Positions 50,101 to 64,000 of a DNA stretch of 64,000 nucleotides are shown one piece after another. A model generated the notes under the pieces. It had not been told where the DNA came from. It worked only from the letters and a program-made list of their open reading frames with translations, and did no database searches. Source of the stretch: Azolla caroliniana (Eukaryota; Plantae; Polypodiophyta); the NCBI GenBank assembly GCA_043228905.1, contig JBHGNT010000017.1, positions 8,432,001 to 8,496,000 of the forward strand, read 5' to 3'. The stretch's first letter is position 1. Every line of letters begins with the position of its first letter. The position numbers were made by a program, and so were the translations under genes.

Positions 50101-50593
50101 TGTACGAGGGGTGCATAGCAAGAGGAAGAGCTTTATATCTCCAGACTCATCTACTCGTGTTAGGTGGTTGGATGAGGGAGCAACCCCTATCTCAGAGATG
50201 GGTGCACCAGTTGGTGCATTCACACCCATTGATGTCAGACAGTCCTCAAATTCGTTATCAGAGGAAGGTGGGTCTATTGGGCAATTGCAAAAAGAGAAAT
50301 CCAACATAGCCTCTGCAGTTGCAAATGTTGTGGCAGAGACCTCTGCTGCAGCTGTCCTACACGATGTTGCCAGGGGTGCCGTCACGCCCCTGCAAGCCAT
50401 GGCACTTCCGAAGCTCCATCGAACTGTGCCTAGCACAGTGAAGAAAGCAAGCTTCATCTCCAGTGTAGCGGCAGCAGAGGGAGATGAACCTGGAGTTGGA
50501 CGTGGAGAAGATGTCATATCAAGCCTGGAATCTGTGAGGAGGAGACAATCATTCAGTTCCATTGCTATCCCTCAAGGTTCCATATGTGAGTGA
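44134..50593 (+). CDS. CAP-D3: Condensin II complex subunit D3 (HEAT-repeat protein), ~1621 aa; exons 44134-46059, 46178-46930, 47272-47787, 48392-48483, 48582-48669, 48770-48884, 48967-49096, 49169-49343, 49415-49608, 49717-50593
   Basis: All nine introns are GT-AG with consistent phases. Cnd1-region motifs include AWVTLGKMCL, VRNNIMIAMTDFVVRYT, RDYLKWRGTLF, APLLAYNSFVE and NAIPIFIELKR, and the N-terminal AADIYLGLML matches plant CAP-D3. The start codon and extreme 3' end are less certain. Confidence 0.92.
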
Positions 50594-52554
50594 GTGTCTG
50601 AATTCCTGCACATGTAAGCTGGAAAATGTCCTTGAGCGCCATTGATATGTTCATCCAATCTGATGCCTCCCCATATTCCCAGTGCTTCAACACGTTTATC
50701 CATGTAGAAACATACAAGCTTTTCATGTATTGAAAGCAATGTCTGTATTTCCCACCTCAAAGGTTCTTTCTTAAGAGGACAGCACCTTGGGATGTCAGCC
50801 TGATTGATCGTTATTCGATTCCTATCATTATCTGCATGGAACACTTCTCGAGTCCTCTCACACAAAATGAATGCCAATGCAATTTTATAGATGTTCCATT
50901 ACCATATTTGCTTGATAAAGGCTATCCCCCCTAGCTTTTGATTTGCATATGGAGCTTTGTACAGATTAGAAGAAAACAAACGTTTGAATGGTCGTTATCG
51001 TTATCGTTATTGTTACCAAGTGATCGGAAGAGAAATGATGTCCTTTTTGTCATACCGTGCTCAGTCCACGTGAACTTGACCACAATGTTTGTGTTTGCTA
51101 TGTTTGTTATGCGATGAACTTTATTTATTGCTTGCAATGCAGCATGACGGCTTGCAAATTTCCACCTTCCTTTTGTTAATATTTATACATCAATGGCTCT
51201 TCACATATAATCATCATGTGCAGTTGATGCCACTGATTCAGTGATCACATCTCAAATCTCTGTAAGTGAACACCTTATATTATAGGTTTGTAACTCAAAT
51301 GGCAAGATTACCATCAACCTTGCACCCGTTAAGTACCAAATCTAACCATTCTCAAGAAAAGAGGGGGCGCATTAAATGAAAGAATGTAAAGAAAGGGGCT
51401 TTGAAGGCAATGTATGTTGCCATGTTGAATTATTTCATAATCAAATTTAGCGAGATTATACTTGGCTAGACCATTATTAAAGGGTCCCATTGTAGTAGAA
51501 ATTACATGGGAATCTGATTGTGTAAGAGAATTCCTTGCATACATTGAAAACCCATAAACCATTTGGTCCCAATAATTTAGAAATTTTTGGTTGAGCTTGT
51601 GGAAAAGCCATCTTCATTCTCTTAATCACCCCACCCCATGGTTTTTGCAAAAAACATAAGATCAAAGGTAATTCACATCAAGAATAGCCTAAACACAAAG
51701 TGGTCTTTGAATAATATTTTAAACACCATCAAGAGTTGTGTTGTACCAAGAGAATCACAACAATGTTTTAGATGTCACATTGAAGGGGGCCGTGAATCCC
51801 CTTTATATGGTTGATCCCCTAGGCTCCTAGAACACTACATGATTTTCCACGTACAATTGGTTCGTAAGGATATGCATGTAACACGTACCTTAACACTTCT
51901 GAAACCCTTTCCTCCATCGACATATAAACATCATTTGTTAACACTTTAGCAATACCCTATTCTCCAAAAATGCTTGAATCAAGCTCTTCTTATCCTTCAT
52001 CCAGATCTGGGATTCAATCACAACCATGTGCTAGGTTCATCCCATAATATGACAAATCATTTTACCATGCACATTTAAAAGACCTCTCCTTCAACGCTTC
52101 CACTCGTTTTACAATTGGAATACTGCTATTTCCAGGTATCCATATCAGGATTTCATTTTAGGATCCACCCCACAACTGATCTCAATTAGGACATTTTGAT
52201 CACACTTAATTAAGCAATTGGTCACGGAAGATATATCTGATTGCCTCATCAGAGATGCAATAAGCAAACAAGCATTTAAGTTGATACAAGCTGGAAATCT
52301 CATTAACAAAATTCAGATTTGGCTTTAATTAACGATTTGGTTAAGTAAAAAGTAATTCAATTGTAAACAAAGAAAGAATAGGATATTATCTCGGTAGTCA
52401 GCAAGCCGTACATGTTCATGCACACCCAAAATTATGGCAGAAAGGCTTCTTGGCTAGGTAAGATTTATGCTGTATTATCTTCCCAAGTGAAACCAGGGTA
52501 ACTGAGCTTCTGGTTTACGTGATGTGATGTTAGGATTTAAATACTAGGCAAAGA

Positions 52555-52740
52555 CATGCATAAATATCATGTGAGAGTCGCAGATGAATAGTATAGGAAT
52601 ATCACATAGCCATTCTCCAACAAATTACGCATTTTAAAACAAATAAAGGCATGCATAAATATCATCTGAGAGTCGCAAATTAATAGAATAGGAATATCAC
52701 ATAGCCATTCTCCAACAAATTATGCATTTTAAAACAAATA
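52555..52740. repeat. 95-bp tandem duplication downstream of RPL5
   Basis: catgcataaatatcat..gagagtcgca..ttttaaaacaaata occurs at 52555 and 52650. Confidence 0.9.
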
Positions 52741-52917
52741 TGCAGCTCTCAAGTACACATTGAGTGCATTAGTAGGCACTCATTTACTACCAAAATACCA
52801 TTTCATTAAAAGCTGTATTTTTAGACATTCTCAGAGCAAAAATGTTTCGACAATTTAGGGACATTTGATTCAAAAACATCAGTTAGATCCTAGAAAATGT
52901 AGCTCTAATCAAGCAAT

Positions 52918-55318
<2,401 letters not shown>

Positions 55319-55447
55319 GGCTCGATCGTCAAGAGGAGGATGTGGAGATGGAGATGAAGATGAAGATGAAGATGGACGGAAAAGGAGGGCGAGCAGAGAA
55401 GACGAAGGAAGTAGAAAAAGGAAAGATGTGTGCGATATGAGGGAGCT

Positions 55448-55486
55448 TTAGGGTTTAGAACGGATCCAATCTGAGCCGTTGGATCT
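55448..55486 (-). promoter_or_regulatory. RPL5 promoter telo-box (AAACCCTAA) and adjacent TCCAACGG (MSA-like) motif
   Basis: ttagggttt at 55448-55456 and agccgttggatct at 55474-55486. Telo-boxes are typical of plant ribosomal protein promoters. Confidence 0.6.
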
Positions 55487-55699
55487 AGGGCACATACACA
55501 CACACACACAACCCAAACCAAAGGAAAGCCAAAGCAGAAAGAGTGAGAGTGTGAGTAGTAAAAGTAGTTCAGTTAATTTCAAACGGGTACCCCTCCATCC
55601 ATTATTTCTTATTATTCTCTATTATGCCCCCCCCCCCCCCCCTTCCCAACCCAAGTCTCTAGTTAGTTTGTAGTCTGCAATTAGTTAGTGTGTTAGTAG

Positions 55700-58600
55700 T
55701 TTGTAGTCCACAAATTACAATCAATTAGTGGTAGCTATAGCATTTGTAAAACACACACTGAACACATATGCATGCTCCCCACATCACCCCATCTTTTAGT
55801 TAGGGTTGTTCATGCCAGGGCCATCAAAACCTCACATTCCCCCAAGCTGAACACCATCAAGTGGATACGGGGCTTTTGTACTAGGGATTTACACATTGGC
55901 TACCATACCAAACCACATACATCTCCCCCCCCCTTTTCTTTGCCAATTCTCCCTCGATAGCCTCATTGTGATCCCATACTGGATCAAATGTTCTTGTTTG
56001 ATGGTATCACGATAGTTTTGGATGGTAGTGGATCATCCATACCTTCTTAACATCGACAACATCATTAACCAAAGTATCATGAAGACACCTCTTGTCAATG
56101 ACATTATTATACATGGTTTTGTTTCATTTCTTATTTCAAACATTGACCAAGTGTGTCATTCTATGTGTTAGAGTTAGTACGAGTTACCTAATTGATATTT
56201 CAAAACAAAACTTAAAGTAGACAACACGAACCTTCAGAAACAAGTTAAGGACCTTAAGACATCTAGGGAAGATGGTGAAATATCTTCCCTAGAGGATATT
56301 AAGGACGAGAGCAAAAAGGTTAAGGAAGAGGTTAAAAGTGATATGGAATTAGCAAAAACTGGGTGGGTTGATGTAGTAAAACGTAATATTAAAAAGGAAC
56401 TAAAGAATGAAAATATTGTAAACACTACCCTTGAGGAGGAAAAAATGCATCAAGCTCGACGCCTAAATGTACGAGTTACTAGGCTCAAGGAAGGGGCATC
56501 TCCCGACGAAGATGCACAAACATTAGGGAAAATGTTGGGGTACAAAGCCCTACCAATCACTAAAACTTGGAGGGTAGGACGTGACACCACTAGGAAAAGA
56601 GCTTTGGTCCTTCAGTTTAAGGACTCATAATCTAGAATCGCATTTTTTTAAAAGAGACCAATTCTTCGAGGATTGAGCGGGACCCTATCTACCTCGATGA
56701 AGACCTGACCAAGATGCAAATTGAGCATCGTAAAACTTGTATGACGCGAGTCATACAAGCTCGTAAAGAGGGGCATCATGCTTTTTAACGAGACAGACGT
56801 GTGATAAAAAATGATCGTGCCGCCAATTGACGGCGTGTGGCCCATGTGACAGACAATAAACTTAGGATGACTTTATGGAACTATAACAGTGCACTTTGGA
56901 CACACCCTGGCCGTCTAGAGGAGATTTTGAAGGTATCTAACATTCTTTTTTTAGTAGAAACACATCAGAGTCCAAATCGAGGACTACCACGAGTTGACAA
57001 TTTTCGTTGGGAATTTGTCTTTAGACAAACCTCACGTCGACATACTACTAGAGGGTCCTGGAGGGGTTGCGATACTATTTCGGAGAGAGATACATAATAG
57101 GATAGAAATACTAAAGAAAGACCCAGAAGCCTGTTTTATGTGGGTGAAAGTCCTCACTAGCAAGGATCAAGCGATATTTATCGCCGTTTGTTACTTCCCC
57201 CCGAAAGGGTCCCGATATAATATGGCTGGAGAGGTGAGTATAGTTGATGAAGGAACACCACATGGGCCTTCTCCATACAAACCTTTATCGGATGACATAA
57301 TCCGATATTCTTCTCAAGGGGAAGTCTTCCTTGTAGGAGATTTCAATGTGAGAACCCAATCCCGATAATTCACAATATTTCAAATGGATAGAAACTTAGA
57401 AATGGTGAATGTCGACCCTTTAGACTTAGAAATAACGTGTACATCAAAGGATCAAGGTGCAGACGCCACAAGCTTTGGCCATCATCTGCTTGAACTTGGA
57501 AGCCGACACCAGATGATCATATATAATGGCTTAGCCAAGTTGCCGGGCTCGGAAGTGCTCACATGTTTCCCACATGGAGGAGGGGAAAGCACGGTTGATT
57601 ACCTAATAGGACACCTTGAAGCTACCCACATGGTAAACTCTTTCAGGGTGGCCCCATATCCCATTGGTGCAAACCATAACTTCCTATACTTTGAGCTAAA
57701 ATGCGACACCTCCCACGCCACAAACTCTAGTCAACCAAACCATCACACCATAATACATTTCACGCATGAGCTCGCTGACATCTACTCTTGACATGTTCAA
57801 GCCCATCTCTCCTCTTTTGATTCTTCCTTGCCTTTAGAGAACCTCACTACAGAACTCGCACATATCCTTCACTCAACAACAATTAGTAGCTTCCCATACA
57901 CGAAACACTCCAATCATCGTAGAATAGGGTCTATGCCACAGAACAAGTGGTATGACGAGGAGTGTAGAGAGTTGTATAAACAACTTAAAGTGTCGTGACA
58001 TAGTGGTACAATTTCCTCAGTACAGGCTTGCAAAGAGATGCGCAAGATGACACGTCGTAAAAGACGAGCTTGGGAAGCATCGCAATATTGGGAACTCTAC
58101 CATATGCTCATGAGTCGGGATTGCACCCTTGCATGGAAAAGACTACGGGAACCGCGACCACAAACACCCATCAAGGATTGTGAAATGTAAAGTGTGGAAG
58201 CTATACGAAACACAGAATACCGACATAGAAAAATAGGTTTAATGGAGAGCTTAAGACACATTGTACGCGGGAGAGACAGAGAGGGGATGAACACATAGAA
58301 AAAACTAAATTCAAAATAATGTGTAAAACTCTGTACATAGGATGTGCTCAAAGAGCACTTTTATACAAGTCCATACGAACTGACAGAAGTACTGACACGT
58401 AATTCAATGCTCATAATTGAGCTCCTACACTAACTCCCAAATATATTCCCTCGCGAAATATTTGTTCAACGGTCTCTCGGTTTCCGCACCGATTCGGCCT
58501 ATGCTGAGCTGGTATCTCAACACTCCCCCTCAAGCTCAACTTGAGGCTCTTCCGGTCCTTCGCTCCGGTTTCTCTTGACTTCACGCCCCGCTCACGCTCC

Positions 58601-61600
58601 TCGACCCGTTCGATTCTGCACGCCTCGACCCTTACGGTCGGCTTGTTTGCTCGTTCGGCCTTTTCTAGCTCCCTTCATGTCACAGTGTTGGCGCCTCTTC
58701 TGCTGCCCTTTCTTCCGCTTGGCCTTCAGTTGATTCGGTGTCTCTGAATCAAACATTCGAGCCGAATTGGCTGCCTCTGATTTGTCTCCGCTTTTGTCCA
58801 AATTGGCCATCTCCAATTCGTCCTCAATCTTGGCCTTCTCGCCCTTGTTGGCTTCATCTCCCCCATGCTTGGCTGGCTCTGGCTCTTTCTTTCAGCTACT
58901 GCCCTCTCGTCCACTTTCAGACTCTTCCGCGGATCCGCCTTCCGGTTCTTCAGCTGACACTAAATGAAATTCGTCATCCAATTTGGTGTCGCAGTCACTT
59001 CCACTCCTTTCCGTGGTCTTGCAGGACTTTTCTCCCCCTCAAGTTCGGCATGTCAAGGTGCCGCAACCCAAGCGCACCTGAGAATTGCCGCAACTTGTCT
59101 AGACCAAGGGGCTTGGTGAAAATGTCAGCGTTCTGCCGATCCGTTGAATCAAACTAAAGTTCAACTTCACTAGAGAGGACACGCTCGCGGACAAAGTGTT
59201 AGTGTACCTCAATGTGCTTAGTCCGGGTGTGGAAGACATGGTTCTTCGCAAGTTGGATGCTGCTGAGGTTGTCGCAGTAGCTCGTCATCAAACCAGACAC
59301 CTCCACTTGTAGATCGTTAAGTAGCCACTTCAGCCATATGGCTTCGCACGTTGCGACAACCACTCCTCGATACTCGGCCTCTGTGCTCGACAGTGCAACT
59401 GTCGACTGCTTCTTGCTACTCCATGCGATCATAGTGCTCCCAAGGGAGAATGCGAATCCAGATGTGGATCGGCGATCACCGGCGTTTCCGGCCCGGTCGG
59501 CATCTGTATAGCTGTCTAGCTACGCGACAGTACCGGTCTGATATAGTAGTCCCTGGTCCTTAGTGCCACTGACGTATCTGAGTACGCGTTGTGCGCACTG
59601 AAGGTGCTCCTCGGTTAGCCACGCCATGAACTGACTAATCAAGTCGACCGGGTAATTGAGGTCCAGTCGGGTGATAGTAAAGTATATGAGGCTTCCGACA
59701 ATCTGTTGGAACCTTTTCAGGTCAAAGACCTTTTCGGAGTCGGGGCGAAGCTTCACAGTTCTATCGAGAGATCGGACTCTCTTCAAGAGTTCTGACTTCG
59801 TGTTCATCAGGAGGCATCTCAGCCTCGTTGACCTCATCTTTAGAACTCGGATTGGAGTTGAGGTTCGGAGTTGGAGGCAAATACCAAGACGAGGACTCAT
59901 CGAACACAACATCGCGACTTACGCGAGCTTATTTGGTTTGGGGGTTATAGCACTTATAACCCTTATGTTCGTCCAAGTAGCCGACCAGGATACACTTCTT
60001 GGCTTTCACATCCAGCTTCCTCCGCTTGTCCTTCGGCACATGCACATACGCGATGCTACCGAAAACCGTCAAGTGTCGTAGATTCGGCTTCCTTCCGAAA
60101 TACAACTCATGTGCCGACACTTTTTCTTAGATCCGATTCTGGATGTAGACCGCGGTTTGGACCGCTTCGGCCCAATAGAACTTGGGCATGCTCTTTTCTT
60201 CCAGCATTGCCCGATCTGCTTCCACAACCGACCGATTCTTCCTTTCGGCTACGTCATTTTGCTCTAGCGTATACCTGCAACTGAATTCGCGCGGAATTCC
60301 CATTTGTTGCAGATAACTGTTGAATTGGTCGGAAAAGTACTCTTTTACGCCATCCGACCGCAAACACTTAATCTTCCTCCCTGTTTCCCTTTCGGCAAAA
60401 TTTTTGAGATTCTAGAAATAGTCGAAGACTTCACTCTTCTTTTCGATGAGGTAGATCCATGTGTGTCGGGTGTAGTCATCGATGAAGGAGACAAAATATC
60501 GACTCCCGCCAAGACTCACGTTTTGTGCCGGTCCCCATACATCTAAATGTATCAAGTCGAGCTTATTTCGGCTCCGATTACGCTCGTTTGGGAAAGGAAG
60601 TCAGTGTTGCTTCCCTAGCTAGCAAGCATCACAAACTTGGGCCCTTCGACCACTAAATTTCGGCAATCCGAACACAACTTGTTTCGATTGCAGGTCATGA
60701 AGCCTTTGGTAGTTGCATGGTCTATTCGCTTATGCCACAAGTCGATATCCGACTCGACTTTTTGTCCTTTTGCGAACATGGCGGTGCCTACATTATTGGT
60801 GTCGAGGATTACCATCCTCCCATCTCTACGGCCTTGCGCAATAACTTGGCCTTCTTCCTTGATAAAGCACCCAAGATGCGTGAACCGGACTTGCATCCCC
60901 TGGTTGACGATCTGTCTGACCGACACCAGATTCTTCGTAATTGTCGGGACATGTAACACGTTCATTAGCTTCCCTTTTTGCCCGACGTGACTAAGGGGAA
61001 CTTCACCGACATGTACGATCAGATGCAGAGTGTCGTCTCCTGTTGCGACTACTCCTGGTTGTTCCGGTTTTTCCAGATATGAGAACCACTCTTTATGGTT
61101 CGTCATATGGTTTGATGCTCTGGAGTCAACGTACCACACTTCGTCTGATTTCGGGGTGGTCTTCTTCATTGAGTTCGCTTCGTGTCTTGTCACGAAGGCT
61201 ACCCCCTTTTCGAATTTTTCGGATCCTTCGGCGTAATGCGTCCGCTGCCGATTTCCTTGTTCAGTCGGTCCGGATCCGGATTCCGTTTTCTCCGAATCGG
61301 TGCGCTTCTTCCAACACTCGCTCTCCTTGTGGCCTTTCTTGCCACAATACCAACATTCCGTGGTGTGTTTCCCTTGCTGGTTCTCATCGCCTCCTCGACT
61401 CCCCCTGCTTCCAGAGGGTTCAGAATTGATGTCGGCATCACCACAATGCCTTCGTCCTTGCTCCCATCGGCCGCCTCCATTGCATGTCGACTTGCCTATT
61501 TCCCTCTGTGTACAACATCTTGCTGTCGATGTGCATACTCGTCGTGCACCCGCATGATTCTCCTCTACAAGGAGCATCGACCAAGTCGAAAAATGACGAT

Positions 61601-64000
61601 GTATTCTCCCTTGTACAAATAGCAGTTCGGAATGCTCCGAACTTCGACGCCAATCCTTCGAGGCAGATCTGCACCATTTCGCCCTCCTCAATGTTCACAT
61701 CGATGGAGGCAAGGGAGTTGCAGATATCCTTTATCTTGGAGGTGTAGTCAACCACCGTCATGTCGCGTTGACGCACATTGCTCAACTCCTGTCGGAGTTG
61801 GAGCTTTCTGGCTGTGGTGCTTGCAGTGAAAATCTTTTTCAGATTTCCCCAAGCATCCTTCAACACTCTTGCATCCCGAATGTAGCTCAAGAGTTGTTCG
61901 CTCACATAGGACGCAAAGCAGTAGAGAAATCAACTCACCGATTGTTCCTAGGCCGGGAAGTCTCTGTGTGTTGATTCAGGTGTTGCATCATTCACTCCAT
62001 CAACATAGCTCCAGTATCCATGTCCGAGGAGGTACTGGTGCATCTTGTACGACCAAGATGCATAGTTACTTCTGTCGAGCTTCTCAGTTGGAAGCGAACT
62101 TGCCATACCTCTATCCATTTTTTTCCTTTTTGTCCTTCACCGAGATTAGGGGTTTTTTGTTGTTGTTTCGAGCTGAAGTCGGCTATAGAGGTTCTCAAAC
62201 TCGCGCTCTGATACCATGGGAAATGTAAAGTGCAGAAGCTGGAAGCGAACTTGCCATACCTCTATCCATTTTTTTCCTTTTCGTCCTTCACCGAGATTAG
62301 GGGTTTTTTGTTGTTGTTTCGAGCTGAAGTCGACTATAGAGGTTCTCAAACTCGCGCTCTGATACCATGTGAAATGTAAAGTGCAGAAGCTATACAAAAC
62401 ACAGAATACCAACAGAGAAAAACAGGTTTAATGGAGATCTTAAGACACAATGTACGCAGGAGAGACAGAGAGGGGATGAACACACAGGAAAAACTAAAAT
62501 CAAAATAATGTGTAAAACTCTGTACATAGGATGTGCTTAGAGAGCACTTTTATACAAGTCCATACAGATTGACAAAAATACTGACACGTAATTCAATGCT
62601 CATAACTGAGCTCCTACACTAACTCTCGGTTTCCGCACCGATCTGGCCTCTTGTTGCGTAACGGTTTGTGCACCAGTTTACGCACCGATGCAGCCTATGT
62701 TGAGCTTGTATCTCAACAAGGATCCCAATATTGGACACACATATATCGAGAGACTCTACCATGTCCCAAACCAACCTCCCATTCCAATGCCTTCCACACC
62801 TCGACCTACCATGGGGACACTTTTCACCACCTATAGGGTCACGAAGGTCATAAAAAAATTACAACATAGGAAATCCATGGACCACATAGGATTGCGAGCC
62901 GAACACATCATATATGCTCGAGAGTGCCTAGCCCCTTTTCTCACTCTAATCTTCAACCGCGCCCTCGCCGAGGGTTTTCCACCACAATGGACCATGAACA
63001 CAGTGGTCCCTATACATAAAGGAGGGGACCCAATGGACCCAATGGACCCAAATACATATAAGACCATTATGATAGGTCATACGCTCGCTAAACTATATGG
63101 TGCGGTAATGGAAGCGGAGCTCAGTGATTATATGGAAACATTAAGTCTTCGAGCACCTGAGCAGGTTGGCGTTAGACGAGCCTTCTCCACTATTGACCAT
63201 ATCTTCACACTTAGGTGCTTAATTGACCAGACGAAAGCTCGTAAGAAGAAACTATATGGTTGCTTTGTTCCACAAAGCCTTTGACACAGTTCCTAGGGAG
63301 AAGTTGTTTGATAGACTTAAGAGCTTGGAGATACCAAATGACATGATCTGGGCCATTTATGCCCTATATGAGCAAGTCTTTGGGTGCGTATGATGCCCAA
63401 GTGGCCTAGATGACTTTTGTACACAACAAGGATTGGTAGTGAATCTAGCGAAAACTAAAGTCCTTATCTTTCATACATCGTCCCGAGTTAGGAGTAAATG
63501 TCACCTAATCCTCTCTCATAAACTAGTTGAGGTAATTGGATCATATGTATACTTGGGAGTCATTTTTAGTGCTCGCTCAGGTAAATTCTCGATGACCTAG
63601 GCAGCCAAAGATAGGCTAACGAGAGGGTATGCATCCCTCTCACTCTTAGAGAGACAATGCCACTAGACATACTTTCAAGAGCCACGGACTAAGGGATGGC
63701 TCTTTGACTCATTAGTGACCCATTCCCTCATTTATGCATCAGTAGTATGGGCTCCAGGTCTACCATCTTTCATGTGGACGCAATTAGAGAGACCTTTGGT
63801 GACAATGTTATCACGTCAACTCCGAAGCAAATCGACAGTACCACATGACATTATTAGATCATAGTTCAGTCTATCCCCGATGTTAGTTGAAACACTTTTT
63901 CAAGTGGTAGTTTTTATTCATTGGATACATAGCCAACCACAAGATAGAATATCCCCACGAGCCTTTGAGGCATCCCGATCCCTACATGCGTCTGGAGACA
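55700..64000 (+). mobile_element. Degenerate APE-type LINE distinct from L1 (RTEX/CR1-like), split by a Copia; runs off the window
   Basis: ORF1 remnant near 56200-56800. Endonuclease motifs LVETH, GGVAIL, VCYFPP, VGDFN and STVDY. RT resumes after 62723 (YKTIMIG, RRAFSTIDHIFTL, KAFDTV) with its core deleted near 63405. The 5' boundary is approximate. Confidence 0.8.
58179..62718 (-). mobile_element. Copia element with both LTRs (58179-58522, 62368-62718), a duplicated PBS and most of RT deleted
   Basis: TSD aggat on both sides, PBS TGGTATCAGAGC and PPT cttgagggggag. Gag has CWYCGKKGHKESEC, protease WYVDSRAS, and IN and RH (TKHIEVH) are present. Confidence 0.95.

Noticed and set aside
49573-50562. 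329-aa antisense ORF
   Set aside because: A shadow of the last CAP-D3 exon with no independent coding signal.

Overview
Eukaryotic nuclear DNA from a transposon-rich land plant, probably a non-seed plant such as a fern (inferred from the TE lineages and gene style, not proven). About 1-44 kb is a stack of nested, mostly degenerate elements: several Copia and Gypsy LTR retrotransposons, solo LTRs, an hAT MITE and L1/Tx1-like LINEs. It includes a Tcn1-like chromovirus (23714-29467, -) whose LTRs carry a self-priming PBS signature and a tRNA-like Pol III A/B-box module. It also includes a very young, fully intact Gypsy element with a 4-bp TSD (29513-34358, +) and a full-length LINE inserted into a (GA)n tract (36383-42148). 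A gene island follows with two convergent intron-containing genes: condensin II subunit CAP-D3 (44134-50593, +, 10 exons) and 60S ribosomal protein L5/uL18 (52918-55318, -, 9 coding exons). The window ends in a degenerate non-L1 LINE interrupted by an RT-deleted Copia with a duplicated PBS. All coordinates, motifs and splice phases were read by eye and no searches were run.
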